64,000 bases of DNA, from the IMG/VR virus record IMGVR_UViG_2609459826_000002, one strand, 5' to 3'. The number at the start of each line of letters is the position of its first letter. Position 1 is the stretch's first letter. Below, piece by piece: positions 38,545 to 49,020 of the stretch. This DNA comes from a virus. Taxonomy: Duplodnaviria; Heunggongvirae; Uroviricota; Caudoviricetes. Position numbers and translations under genes: made by a program. The notes beneath the pieces were generated by a model, which searched no databases, had not been told where the DNA came from, and was given only the letters and a program-made list of their open reading frames with translations.

Positions 38545-39955
38545 TTTCCGCCTCGCTTACCGCCTGCTCGGCTTCCGGCAGGGTGATTTCACCGGAGAGG
38601 AGTTTGGGGAGAAGGGTGTCTCGGATATTTTTTAATAACACCGTTTGTTTTTTACGCTGAACTACCCCGTTGATTATGGTTTTACAATGATCTTCAAATT
38701 TTTTTACTAGTTTAAAATCAGGTGCTACTAACTCAATATTTTTCAGATGAGATGATGGCCTGGCAATAGAAGGAACACCTACTTGCGAGGCGTTTGATAA
38801 TAATAGATGTTGTCCTGTCCGCGATCTAAAGAAATATAGCAAATAATAAGGAGATATTAGTTTTTTGTCTGCACGCAAAAAGAACTGTCGCTGAGATATA
38901 ACATAACGTTCATATTCTGAAAATTCAGGAATGATTGAAACCTGCCCTATACTCCCTGCATGCGTAAAAATGATATCTTCGCTAAATACATTTGAGCTTT
39001 TCAATTTATCGGCATGTTCGAGTGTAATAAAATTATTCTCACCATCATTAAGAATAGATTCTTTTAAATGCTGCCCACTAATTATAGGAATACCTTCATC
39101 AACAAAGGTGGATACCTTAATATTTGAACCAAATGGCCCCATTCCAATTTTACTAGTCAATTCTTCAGTTTTAACAACCGCCCATCCCTTTGGAATATCC
39201 CTCCCCTCGCTCTCCTGCATCGCCGATGGAAACAGCTCTGCTGTGGCTTTTAATTGAGCATATTGCTCAGGGTGTTCACGCTCAAAAACCACCAACGCAT
39301 CAGAATCTTTCCCGGAAATCGCTGTCATAGCGGCAAGCATCGCGTCTTCCTGCGAACCGCCCGCTTCCAGTGCTGTGATTTTGGCTTTTACCGGTTCAAA
39401 ATCGACAAACCAGCTTTTGAACAGGGCTTGCGCCATTTGTTCGAGAGTATGGTTGATTTGATGATTTAATAAAATTTTATCGTCGAATTTCTTTAAAACA
39501 TCACCTGCAAATTTCCTTAATCTTTTGTCAGGGAAATCATATTCATAATCGGCTAATGATTGCCATGCAACGCGTTGACGTCCAGAAGTTCCTTCCATTC
39601 TGGATCGAGCAAATGAACGGAATTCCCCAAGGCGTGAGAGATAATAAATATAATCACTATCGTACTCAGGCTCTTTTGCAGCTAAAACGATAAATTCCGT
39701 TGAACCAAAAGCAACCTCACCATCCGATAAACCGGAAACAAGCGATGTTTTACCATTTTCAAGACAAGGTGTTATACGAGCAAACAAGGTGTCTTTATTT
39801 GCAAATTTTGAACCGCCACCGGTGAAGATTTTTTCATCAACTCTATTTATATCTCTACCATTTTCGGGAAGTGCGGCCATTTCAACAAAGGCTGCACTTT
39901 CTCCTTTTTTTAGTGGGCGCTTTGGATTAAAAATAACCAAATCAGATAATTTCAT
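38537..39955 (-). CDS. hsdS: type I R-M specificity subunit (HsdS)
   Basis: 472 aa with two target-recognition domains around central conserved repeat; overlaps hsdM stop; second TRD region markedly AT-rich. Confidence 0.85.
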   Translation of the reverse strand: MKLSDLVIFNPKRPLKKGESAAFVEMAALPENGRDINRVDEKIFTGGGSKFANKDTLFARITPCLENGKTSLVSGLSDGEVAFGSTEFIVLAAKEPEYDSDYIYYLSRLGEFRSFARSRMEGTSGRQRVAWQSLADYEYDFPDKRLRKFAGDVLKKFDDKILLNHQINHTLEQMAQALFKSWFVDFEPVKAKITALEAGGSQEDAMLAAMTAISGKDSDALVVFEREHPEQYAQLKATAELFPSAMQESEGRDIPKGWAVVKTEELTSKIGMGPFGSNIKVSTFVDEGIPIISGQHLKESILNDGENNFITLEHADKLKSSNVFSEDIIFTHAGSIGQVSIIPEFSEYERYVISQRQFFLRADKKLISPYYLLYFFRSRTGQHLLLSNASQVGVPSIARPSSHLKNIELVAPDFKLVKKFEDHCKTIINGVVQRKKQTVLLKNIRDTLLPKLLSGEITLPEAEQAVSEAENV

Positions 39956-41654
39956 AACCCAGCCCCCCCAGATTCGCCTTAATCTGTGCTTCCAGGTTCG
40001 CGCTCTCTTCCAACTGATCTTTCAGTTGCGCCGTCAGTCGTGCCATCTTCTCGGCAAAGGGCTCATCATCTTCGTCCTGCTCGGCAGCACCGACATAGCG
40101 ACCTGGGGTCAGGACAAAGTCATTTTTCTTTATATCTTCCAGCGTTGCGGCGAAGCAGAATCCCGCTTCATCTTCATAGTCTTTATCCGTCTGCCATGAA
40201 TGGAAGGTGTCGGCAATTCTGGCGATATCTTCACGGCTAAAATCACGCAACACGCGATCTTTCATATAACCAATCTGGCGCGCGTCTATAAACAGTACTT
40301 CACCTTTACGGTGTGCTTTGCCGTTGCCACCAGATTTATCTTTGGTCAGAAACCAGATGCAGGCCGGGATTTGGGTGTTGGTAAACAGTTGCCCTGGCAG
40401 CGCCACCATACATTCCACCAGATCCGCTTCAATCAGGTTGCGGCGGATTTCGCCTTCATTGTTGGTGTTGGAACTCATTGAGCCGTTCGCCAGCAGCAGA
40501 GCCATCGAACCTTTTGGCGCGAGGTGGTGGATCATGTGCTGCATCCACGCAAAGTTGGCGTTGCCCTGCGGCGGCGTACCATATTTCCAGCGCACGTCGT
40601 TTTCCAGCTTCGCGTTCCACCACTCCTTCATGTTGAACGGCGGGGTTGCCATCACGAAGTCGGCACGCAGATCCGGGTGCTGGTCGTCCAGCAGGGTATC
40701 GGCGTTTTTGCTGCCGAAGTTAAAGTCGATACCCCGGATCGCCATATTCATCGCCGCCAGCTTCCAGGTGGTCGGGTTGGACTCTTGGCCGTAAACGGAG
40801 ATATTGCGCTTCTGCTCGGCGGCGTTGTACTGCTTCTCGCCCGCGTGCTCTTCGATAAAACGGTCGCTGGAAACAAAGAACCCGCCGGAACCCATCGCCG
40901 GGTCATACACGCGCCCGTTATACGGTTGCAGCATTTCAACAATCAGGGTGACGATACTTTTTGGCGTGTAATACTGGCCGCCCTGCTTACCTTCCGCCAG
41001 CGCGAACTGACCGAGGAAATATTCGTACACGTGACCGAGAATATCTTTGCTCTTTAAGTTGAGCTTCTCGCCGTTATATTCCGGGTTGCTGAAGTTGGCG
41101 TCAGAGAAAGTATTAATCAGCCCGGTCAACACTTCGTTGCCCAATTGATACTGGCTGATACGGTTCAGAATACCTTTCAGCTTCGGGTTGGTTTTTTCGA
41201 TTTCATCGAGCGCGTTATCCACCAGCCAGGACACAGAGCGCAGCGTCACATCCTTGCCGGTGGTTTCATCCACCCACAGCACGGTGCCGGTCGGCAACAT
41301 GGCTTTGTTTTTCAGCGTGTCCCAGCGCGCGGCTTTCGGCACCCAGAAGATGTTCTTTTCGGTGTAGTAATCTTCCACCTCCAGTTCATCCACAATCGCC
41401 TGTGCGTACTCTTCATCAGAGTCGTAACCGTCGCGCGACATGGCATAGATGTTGTCCGGGTTGCCGACATCGCGGAACAAGGTGATTAGCTCCTGCTGAC
41501 GCGCCTCGAAGGCATCGGACACATACTTGAGGAAGATAAGCCCCAGCACCACGTGCTTGTAGTTGGCGGCATCCATGTTGGCGCGTAGCTTGTCGGCGGC
41601 TTTCCAGAATTTGTTATCCAGCTCGTTCAGGAACTGTTGTTCGGCGTTGTTCAT
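39942..41654 (-). CDS. hsdM: type I R-M DNA methyltransferase (HsdM)
   Basis: 570 aa from ATG 41654 (GAGGA RBS); N6-adenine MTase motifs (DPAMGSGGFF; ATPPFN). Confidence 0.9.
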   Translation of the reverse strand: MNNAEQQFLNELDNKFWKAADKLRANMDAANYKHVVLGLIFLKYVSDAFEARQQELITLFRDVGNPDNIYAMSRDGYDSDEEYAQAIVDELEVEDYYTEKNIFWVPKAARWDTLKNKAMLPTGTVLWVDETTGKDVTLRSVSWLVDNALDEIEKTNPKLKGILNRISQYQLGNEVLTGLINTFSDANFSNPEYNGEKLNLKSKDILGHVYEYFLGQFALAEGKQGGQYYTPKSIVTLIVEMLQPYNGRVYDPAMGSGGFFVSSDRFIEEHAGEKQYNAAEQKRNISVYGQESNPTTWKLAAMNMAIRGIDFNFGSKNADTLLDDQHPDLRADFVMATPPFNMKEWWNAKLENDVRWKYGTPPQGNANFAWMQHMIHHLAPKGSMALLLANGSMSSNTNNEGEIRRNLIEADLVECMVALPGQLFTNTQIPACIWFLTKDKSGGNGKAHRKGEVLFIDARQIGYMKDRVLRDFSREDIARIADTFHSWQTDKDYEDEAGFCFAATLEDIKKNDFVLTPGRYVGAAEQDEDDEPFAEKMARLTAQLKDQLEESANLEAQIKANLGGLGYEII

Positions 41655-41994
41655 GAAAATCCTCAGGGGCGATCGCAGCGATAGTGCAAACATGCCTATC
41701 TTAAATTGGGTTTTGGAATGCTAATCGCAAAATGATACCCGGAATGACTAGGTTCATAAACGAGATAGCGCAAAGAAGTGGAAGATGGGCTATGGCTAAG
41801 TTGACATTAAGTTCCGGGCCTCAAGCAGACGTCTCAACGTTGTCTCGCGAATATGCCAAATTATTCCGCAGCAGATGCTCAGCCCTACGGATTGACAGTC
41901 TATATTACTCTCCAAACAGTCTTCATTTACCTTCGGTTTTACGATACATGTCTGGTCGGTTGATCTGCCAGACAAAGTCTGGTCGGTTCAACGG

Positions 41995-42040
41995 GAGATA
42001 TCTGAACATAAAACACTATCAGTAAGTTAGAGTCATTACC
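41995..42040 (+). mobile_element. IS1 terminal remnant (about 46 bp of an IS1 end)
   Basis: ATCTGAACATAAAACACTATCAGTAAGTTAGAGTCATTACC matches IS1 terminus with a few mismatches; separated by 7 bp (TCGAGAT) from an intact IS1. Confidence 0.5.
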
Positions 42041-42102
42041 TCGAGATGGTAATGGTGCCAACTTACTGATTTAGTGTATGATGGTGTTTTTGAGGTGCTC
42101 CA

Positions 42103-42378
42103 GTGGCTTCTGTTTCTATCAGCTGTCCCTCCTGCTCAGCTACTGACGGGGTGGTGCGTAACGGTAAAAGTACTGCCGGACATCAGCGCTATCTCTGCTC
42201 TCACTGCCGTAAAACATGGCAGCTACAGTTCACTTACACCGCTTCTCAACCCGGTACGCATCAGAAAATCATTGATATGGCCATGAATGGCGTTGGATGC
42301 CGGGCAACCGCCCGCATTATGGGCGTTGGCCTCAACACGATTTTACGTCACTTAAAAAACTCAGGCCGCAGTCGGTAA
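42103..42378 (+). CDS. insA: IS1 InsA
   Basis: 91 aa [23 protein letters not shown]... zinc-finger/HTH. Confidence 0.85.
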
Positions 42379-42800
42379 CCTCGCGCATACAGCCGGGCAG
42401 CGATGTGATTGTCTGCGCTGAAATGGACGAACAGTGGGGCTACGTCGGTGCTAAATCACGTCAGCGCTGGCTGTTTTACGCGTATGACAGGATACGGAGG
42501 ACGGTTGTGGCGCACGTCTTCGGTGAACGCACTCTGGCCACACTGGAGCGTCTTCTGAGCCTGCTGTCGGCCTTTGAGGTCGTGGTATGGATGACGGATG
42601 GCTGGCCGCTGTATGAATCCCGCCTGAAGGGAAAGCTGCACGTAATCAGCAAGCGATACACGCAGCGCATTGAGCGACATAACCTGAATCTGAGACAACA
42701 TCTGGCAAGGCTGGGACGGAAGTCACTGTCGTTCTCAAAATCGGTGGAGCTGCATGACAAAGTCATCGGGCATTATCTGAACATAAAACACTATCAGTAA
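42297..42800 (+). CDS. insB: IS1 InsB (expressed as InsAB' by frameshift)
   Basis: ORF in -1 frame overlapping insA 3' end. Confidence 0.8.
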
Positions 42801-42967
42801 GTTGGAGTCATTACCCGTCCTCCGGTATTGAAAGTTAATACACAAATCAGGATGATGGAGGCTCATACTGGTACAGCGCGACCACTTATGCAGGCGTCTC
42901 TGTCAGGTTTGTTGCCCGGATCACCCGCATCAGGGACAGGGCTGTTCAGTTATCCGCAGGAGAAAAT

Positions 42968-43978
42968 ATGTCACTCAAGGCTATCGCCGCCGAACTCGGG
43001 ATCTCTGTCACCACAGTCAGCCGGGCGCTTGGCGGATTTTCGGACGTTTCCGCTTCGACCCGTGCACGTGTAGAAGCGGAAGCTCGGCGTCGTGGTTATC
43101 GCCCGAATACCCTGGCAAGACGTCTCAAAACCGGTAAAACCGATGCGGTCGGCCTGGTCTTCCCTGAACATGCTGTACTGTTCAGCAGTAGTGTGTTTGT
43201 GGATATGGTCAGTTGTATCAGCCGGGAACTGGCCCGCCATGATATTGACTTACTGCTGATAGCCGATGATGAACGGGCTGACAGCCACAGCTATATGCGT
43301 CTGGTCGAAAGCCGCCGGGTTGATGCCCTTATCGTGGCGCACACGATGGATAATGACCCGCGTCTTACACACCTGCAGGAGGCCGGTATTCCGTTTCTGG
43401 CACTCGGTCAGGTGCCGTCCGGTCTTCCCTGTGCCTGGTTTGACTTTGATAACCATGCAGGAACCTGGCAGGCCACACAGCACCTGATTGCCCTGGGCCA
43501 TCAGCGAATTGCCCTGCTGAGTGAGGACAACTCCCGTGCCTATGTCACTGCACGACGTCAGGGATGGCGCGATGCCCTGAGTGAACATGGTCTGCCTGAG
43601 ACCTGGCTACGCCGGGTCTCTCCCACCCGACGCTCAGGTTTCCAGGCAGTGACTGAGTTAATGTCACTTCCGCTTCCCCCGACGGCCATTATTACCGACA
43701 GTGACCTGATCGGTGATGGCGCGGCCATGTCGCTGCAGTTATCCGGTCATCTGTCCGGAGAGGATGCCGTCTCTCTTGTGGTTTATGATGGTCTGCCGCA
43801 GGACAGTATTATTGAACAGGATGTGGCTGCAGTTCTTCAGTCAACACGACATCGCGTCGGTCGTCAGATTGCCGACATGATACGCCAGCTGGTCACGAAT
43901 GTTTCACCTGAAATGCTACAAGTACTCTGGCAGCCGGAATTTCATCCTGGCAAGACAACGCTTGCTCCCTCCGCCTGA
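42968..43978 (+). CDS. rafR: raffinose operon repressor RafR (LacI/GalR family)
   Basis: 336 aa; N-terminal HTH MSLKAIAAELGISVTTVSRALGG; precedes alpha-galactosidase and permease genes. Confidence 0.85.
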   Translation: MSLKAIAAELGISVTTVSRALGGFSDVSASTRARVEAEARRRGYRPNTLARRLKTGKTDAVGLVFPEHAVLFSSSVFVDMVSCISRELARHDIDLLLIADDERADSHSYMRLVESRRVDALIVAHTMDNDPRLTHLQEAGIPFLALGQVPSGLPCAWFDFDNHAGTWQATQHLIALGHQRIALLSEDNSRAYVTARRQGWRDALSEHGLPETWLRRVSPTRRSGFQAVTELMSLPLPPTAIITDSDLIGDGAAMSLQLSGHLSGEDAVSLVVYDGLPQDSIIEQDVAAVLQSTRHRVGRQIADMIRQLVTNVSPEMLQVLWQPEFHPGKTTLAPSA

Positions 43979-44071
43979 TTTTTAATCCCGCTCACAAATC
44001 CGAATCGTTTCGGTTGCTATCCGAAACGATTCGGATCAACAGTAAGGCATACCCGAAAACGGAGATGTCTT

Positions 44072-46198
44072 ATGGAACCGATGTACCGCAGGCTGACCAG
44101 TCCCCACTCAGACCTGATTATTAAAACCCACCCGTATGCAGAGATTGTCTGGTGGGGATCCACCCTGAAACACTTTTCACCGGATGATTGTATCAGCCTG
44201 GAAAGGCCGGTTGCGAATGGTCGTCTGGATACCGACACCCCACTGACGCTGATGGCCGAAAACGGCGCGGGACTTTTTGGCTCGCCGGGGCTGGAGGGAC
44301 ACCGCAACGGGCTGGATGCGTCCCCTGTGTTCCGTACCATCAGCGTGGTACAGGCCGGAGAATCACTCACCCTGACCAGTGAGGATGCAGTGGCGGGTCT
44401 GCGCATGGTCAGTGAACTGGTGCTGACATCGTCCGGTGTGCTGAAGATGCGTCATGCCCTGACGAACCTCCGTGAAGGGGACTGGCAGGTGAACCGCTTC
44501 GCCATCACGCTCCCTGTGGCTGAAAGGGCAGAGGAAGTCATGGCCTTCCACGGACGCTGGACTCGTGAGTTTCAGCCGCACAGGGTCCGTCTCACACATG
44601 ACGGTTTTGTGCTGGAGAACCGCCGGGGCCGCACGTCCCATGAGCATTTTCCGGCACTGATTGCCGGTGCCCCCGGTTTCTCAGAACAGCAGGGCGAGGT
44701 GTGGGCCGTACATCTGGGCTGGAGTGGCAACCATCGCATGAAATGTGAGGTCAAAACTGACGGACGGCGTTACCTCCAGGCGGAAGCACTGTGGATGCCC
44801 GGAGAAAAAGCCCTGAAGAAGGATGAGACCGTGTACACGCCGTGGCTGTACGCCAGCTATTCCCCGGAGGGGCTCAATGGTATGAGTCAGCAGTACCACC
44901 GTTTTCTGCGCGATGAAATCATCCGTTTTCCTGAGCAGAAACCCCGTCCGGTGCACCTCAATACCTGGGAAGGTATTTATTTTGACCACGACCCGAACTA
45001 CATCATGCAGATGGCCGGACGTGCGGCAGCGCTTGGCGTTGAACGTTTCATTATCGACGACGGCTGGTTTAAGGGGCGCAATGATGACCATGCGGCTCTG
45101 GGCGACTGGTATCTGGATGAACAGAAGTATCCGGACGGACTGATGCCGGTGATTAACCATGTGAAATCACTCGGCATGGAGTTCGGTATCTGGGTGGAAC
45201 CGGAAATGATTAACCCGGACTCTGACCTCTTTCGCCGCCATCCTGACTGGATACTGTCAATGCCGGGGTACACACAACCAACCGGGAGACATCAGTATGT
45301 TCTCAACCTGAACATTCCTGAGGCCTTTGCTTACATTTATGAACGCTGTTTATGGCTGCTGGGCGAACACCCAGTTGACTATGTGAAATGGGACATGAAC
45401 CGCGAGCTGGTCCAGGCCGGGCATGAAGGTCGGGCGGCGGCGGACGCGCAGACCCGTCAGTTTTACCGGCTGCTGGATCTCCTGCGCGAACGTTTTCCCC
45501 GTGTTGAGTTTGAGTCCTGCGCTTCCGGCGGTGGACGTATCGACTTTGAGGTTCTGACCCGCACGCACCGCTTCTGGGCTTCTGACAACAATGACGCCCT
45601 GGAGCGCTGCACCATACAGCGTGGCATGAGTTACTTTTTCCCGCCGGAGGTTATGGGGGCACACATCGGTCATCATCGCTGCCATGCCACCTTCCGGCAG
45701 CACAGCATTGCCTTTCGCGGTCTGACGGCCCTGTTCGGTCATATGGGACTGGAGCTGGATCCGGTAACGGCCGGAGAAGAGGAATCCGCCGGTTACCGCC
45801 GCTATGCCTCGCTCTACAAAGAATGGCGGCAGCTTATCCACACGGGCACCCTATGGCGGGGGGATATGCCGGATGCGGCGACACAGGTGCAGGGGGGGGT
45901 CAGCCCGGATCAGTCGCAGGCGCTCTTCCTGGTGAGCCAGCTTGCCATGCCGGATCACACCCTGCCGGGTGCTCTACGTTTTCCGGGGCTGGCACCACAG
46001 GCCCGTTACCGGCTTCGTGTTGTTGACCATCCGGATATTCAGCTGGTCGGTGAAGGCGGGCATACCATGCGCAGGCTGCCCGGCTGGATGAACCAGACCT
46101 CCGACATCAGTGGGGAATGGCTGGCGCAGGCCGGTATTCAGCTTCCCGTACTGGATCCGGAAAGCGCCATGCTGATTGCCCTTGAACGTTTGGCATAA
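44072..46198 (+). CDS. rafA: alpha-galactosidase RafA (GH36)
   Basis: 708 aa; GH36 signature regions (KWDMNR..., CASGGGR). Confidence 0.9.
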   Translation: MEPMYRRLTSPHSDLIIKTHPYAEIVWWGSTLKHFSPDDCISLERPVANGRLDTDTPLTLMAENGAGLFGSPGLEGHRNGLDASPVFRTISVVQAGESLTLTSEDAVAGLRMVSELVLTSSGVLKMRHALTNLREGDWQVNRFAITLPVAERAEEVMAFHGRWTREFQPHRVRLTHDGFVLENRRGRTSHEHFPALIAGAPGFSEQQGEVWAVHLGWSGNHRMKCEVKTDGRRYLQAEALWMPGEKALKKDETVYTPWLYASYSPEGLNGMSQQYHRFLRDEIIRFPEQKPRPVHLNTWEGIYFDHDPNYIMQMAGRAAALGVERFIIDDGWFKGRNDDHAALGDWYLDEQKYPDGLMPVINHVKSLGMEFGIWVEPEMINPDSDLFRRHPDWILSMPGYTQPTGRHQYVLNLNIPEAFAYIYERCLWLLGEHPVDYVKWDMNRELVQAGHEGRAAADAQTRQFYRLLDLLRERFPRVEFESCASGGGRIDFEVLTRTHRFWASDNNDALERCTIQRGMSYFFPPEVMGAHIGHHRCHATFRQHSIAFRGLTALFGHMGLELDPVTAGEEESAGYRRYASLYKEWRQLIHTGTLWRGDMPDAATQVQGGVSPDQSQALFLVSQLAMPDHTLPGALRFPGLAPQARYRLRVVDHPDIQLVGEGGHTMRRLPGWMNQTSDISGEWLAQAGIQLPVLDPESAMLIALERLA

Positions 46199-46252
46199 AA
46201 GGACCGGAGCCGGTCACGGCTCCCTGCACTCAGTCCCGTGAGGATAACAATA

Positions 46253-47530
46253 ATGAATACTGTCAGTACTCATAAAAACCCCGATTTCTGGATATTTGGT
46301 CTGTTCTTTTTTCTCTACTTTTTCATCATGGCAACCTGTTTCCCGTTTCTGCCCGTCTGGCTGTCAGACATTGTGGGGCTGAGTAAAACGGATACCGGGA
46401 TTGTTTTTTCATGCCTCTCCCTGTTTGCCATCAGCTTCCAGCCGCTGCTGGGGGTCATCTCAGACCGTCTTGGCCTGAAAAAACACCTGATGTGGATCAT
46501 CAGCCTGCTGCTGGTCCTGTTTGCACCGTTCTTTCTGTACGTTTTTGCGCCGCTGCTGCGGTTCAACATCTGGGCCGGAGCACTGAGCGGCGGGATTTTT
46601 ATCGGCTTCGTTTTTTCTGCGGGAGCCGGTGCCATCGAAGCCTATATTGAACGTGTCAGCCGCAGCAGCGGATTTGAATACGGTAAGGCCCGGATGTTCG
46701 GCTGTCTGGGCTGGGCGCTGTGTGCCACCACGGCAGGGCTGCTTTTCAACGTGGATCCGTCCCTGGTATTCTGGATGGGGTCCGGCTGCGCATTGCTGCT
46801 GGTCCTTCTGGTGGCGCTGGCGCGTCCCGGAACCAGTCAGACAGCGATGGTCATGAATGCGCTGGGTGCCAACTCGCCCGTGATTTCCGCCGGAATGGTG
46901 TTCAGTCTGTTTCGTATGCGTCAGATGTGGATGTTCGTGCTTTACATGATTGGGGTGGCCTGCGTCTATGACGTGTTTGACCAGCAGTTTGCCACGTTCT
47001 TCCGTGCATTTTTTGACACGCCGCAGGCGGGGATCCGGGCATTTGGTTTTGCCACCACGGCTGGCGAGATTTGCAATGCCATCATCATGTTCTGCTCCCC
47101 CTGGATAATCAGCCGCATTGGTGCCAAAAACACACTGCTTGTCGCGGGTCTGATTATGACCATCCGCATCACAGGGTCGGCCTTTGCCACCACGGCTACT
47201 GAAGTGGTGAGCCTGAAAATGCTGCATGCCCTTGAAGTCCCATTCCTGCTGGTTGGTGCGTTCAAGTATATCACCGGCGTGTTTGATACCCGGCTGTCGG
47301 CCACCATTTATCTGATTGGCTTTCAGTTCTCCAAACAACTGGCGGCGATATTCCTCTCAACCTTTGCAGGTCACCTGTATGACCGCATGGGGTTCCAGAA
47401 CACCTATCTGGTTCTGGGCGGTATTGTCCTTGCGGTCACCGTGTTATCGGCTTTCACCCTGAGCAGTACCCGTAAAACGGCTGCCCCGTCAGCAGAAACC
47501 GCTACAGCACAGACGGAGGTTCGCTTATGA
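46253..47530 (+). CDS. rafB: raffinose permease RafB (LacY-family MFS symporter)
   Basis: Strong similarity to LacY along whole length; ATG 46253 with GAGGA RBS. Confidence 0.85.
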   Translation: MNTVSTHKNPDFWIFGLFFFLYFFIMATCFPFLPVWLSDIVGLSKTDTGIVFSCLSLFAISFQPLLGVISDRLGLKKHLMWIISLLLVLFAPFFLYVFAPLLRFNIWAGALSGGIFIGFVFSAGAGAIEAYIERVSRSSGFEYGKARMFGCLGWALCATTAGLLFNVDPSLVFWMGSGCALLLVLLVALARPGTSQTAMVMNALGANSPVISAGMVFSLFRMRQMWMFVLYMIGVACVYDVFDQQFATFFRAFFDTPQAGIRAFGFATTAGEICNAIIMFCSPWIISRIGAKNTLLVAGLIMTIRITGSAFATTATEVVSLKMLHALEVPFLLVGAFKYITGVFDTRLSATIYLIGFQFSKQLAAIFLSTFAGHLYDRMGFQNTYLVLGGIVLAVTVLSAFTLSSTRKTAAPSAETATAQTEVRL

Positions 47531-48957
47531 AACAGCGTCTTGCCTCTGCACAGGTTGCACTTGATACACTCCGCGCCCGTCGTGGTGATACCTGGTACCC
47601 GGTTTTTCATCTGGCTCCACCTGCCGGATGGATGAATGATCCGAACGGGCTTATTTATTTCAGCGGTCGCTATCACGCATTCTTTCAGCACCATCCGGCA
47701 AGTGAACATCAGGGGCCGATGCACTGGGGACATGCCACCAGTCCGGACATGCTGCACTGGCAGCATGAGCCGGTTGCGCTGGCACCCGGTGATGAATATG
47801 ACCGGGATGGCTGTTTTTCCGGCAGCGCAGTGGACGACAACGGCGTGCTGTCGCTTATCTACACCGGTCATCTCTGTCTGGAGGATCGGGGGGATGACAG
47901 CATCATCCGCGAAGTCCAGTGTCTGGCAACCAGCCGTGACGGCATTCACTTTGAGAAGCAGGGCTGCGTGCTGACGCCACCGGAAGGCATCATGCATTTC
48001 CGTGACCCGAAGGTCTGGCGGGAAGGGGGATACTGGTGGATGGTTATCGGCGCGCGGGATACCTCTGACACCGGTCAGGTGCTGCTGTATCGCGGCACAT
48101 CCCTGCGGGACTGGCGCCAGGAACGGGTTCTAGCGCAGTCGGCAGCCGGAGAAAGCTATATGTGGGAATGTCCGGACTTTTTCCGCTGTGGCGACCATCA
48201 CTGGCTGATGTTCTCCCCGCAGGGGATGACGCCCGGCGGATACCGGTTCCGCAACCGCTTTCAGAGCGGAGTTTTACCGGGTCACTGGCAGCCGGGGGCC
48301 GCCTTTGCCCTGAGCGGGGCATTTGAAGAACTGGATCACGGTCATGATTTTTATGCCCCGCAGTCCCTGGTCGCGGAGGACGGACGGCGCATCATCATGG
48401 CCTGGATGAATATGTGGGACTCCCCGATGCCTACAAAGCGTGAGGCCTGGGCCGGATGTCTGACCCTGCCGAGGGAACTTTTTGAACGCCATGGTCGTCT
48501 GTGTCAGCGTCCGGTTCGCGAAGCCGAATCCCTTCGCGGGACGTGCCAGCCGTTACACCCTGTAAGGCTCAGTGGCACGCAGTTGCTGGCTGAGGACGCA
48601 CAGGCCGTGGAACTGGTGCTGACGTGGCATACCCTCGACAGTCAGGCAGAGCATTACGGCATCCACCTGGGAGACGGGCTCCGGCTGTATGTGGATAACC
48701 AGGCAGGACGGCTGGTGCTTTGGCGTCACTACCCGGATGAGGGGCTGGACGGTTACCGCAGTATCGCGCTGCCTGGCGCAGAATATCTGACGCTACGGGT
48801 TTTCCTGGACCGTTCATCGGTGGAAGTGTTCGTTAACGATGGCGATGCCACCCTGTCCAGCCGTATTTACCCGCAGCCCGGAACCCGCCGGTTGTCGCTA
48901 TATGCAGCTCACGGCGAGGCTGTGCTGACGGACGGCTCACTGTGGACGCTGGCCTGA
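47527..48957 (+). CDS. rafD: raffinose invertase RafD (GH32 beta-fructofuranosidase)
   Basis: 476 aa; GH32 motifs WMNDPNG, FRDP, EC; overlaps rafB stop. Confidence 0.85.
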   Translation: MKQRLASAQVALDTLRARRGDTWYPVFHLAPPAGWMNDPNGLIYFSGRYHAFFQHHPASEHQGPMHWGHATSPDMLHWQHEPVALAPGDEYDRDGCFSGSAVDDNGVLSLIYTGHLCLEDRGDDSIIREVQCLATSRDGIHFEKQGCVLTPPEGIMHFRDPKVWREGGYWWMVIGARDTSDTGQVLLYRGTSLRDWRQERVLAQSAAGESYMWECPDFFRCGDHHWLMFSPQGMTPGGYRFRNRFQSGVLPGHWQPGAAFALSGAFEELDHGHDFYAPQSLVAEDGRRIIMAWMNMWDSPMPTKREAWAGCLTLPRELFERHGRLCQRPVREAESLRGTCQPLHPVRLSGTQLLAEDAQAVELVLTWHTLDSQAEHYGIHLGDGLRLYVDNQAGRLVLWRHYPDEGLDGYRSIALPGAEYLTLRVFLDRSSVEVFVNDGDATLSSRIYPQPGTRRLSLYAAHGEAVLTDGSLWTLA

Positions 48958-48966
48958 AATAATTCC

Positions 48967-48997
48967 ACTGCCGTCGGTGACGGCAGTACTTTCGGTT
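48967..48997 (+). terminator. terminator-like hairpin after rafD
   Basis: 9-bp stem ACTGCCGTC/GACGGCAGT followed by ACTTTCGGTT. Confidence 0.4.
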
Positions 48998-49020
48998 CAC
49001 CCGTAATGAAGGAAAGCACA

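Larger units (their letters stand above)
42048..42815 (+). mobile_element. IS1 (complete, 768 bp, variant ends)
   Basis: Begins GGTAATGGTGCCAACTTACTGATTTAGTG, ends GTTGGAGTCATTACC; contains insA and insB frames. Confidence 0.9.

Noticed and set aside
40524-41489. Plus-strand ORFs within hsdM
   Set aside because: Antisense shadow ORFs of a well-supported methyltransferase gene.
41732-42025. 97-aa plus-strand ORF upstream of IS1
   Set aside because: Crosses the degenerate IS1 end; no RBS or coherent domain; treated as non-coding promoter/remnant sequence.
46460-47338. 292-aa minus-strand ORF across rafB
   Set aside because: Antisense to a LacY-family permease with strong homology; translation is low-complexity.
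48044-48817. Minus-strand ORFs within rafD
   Set aside because: Antisense shadow ORFs with Pro/Arg/Gly-rich translations.
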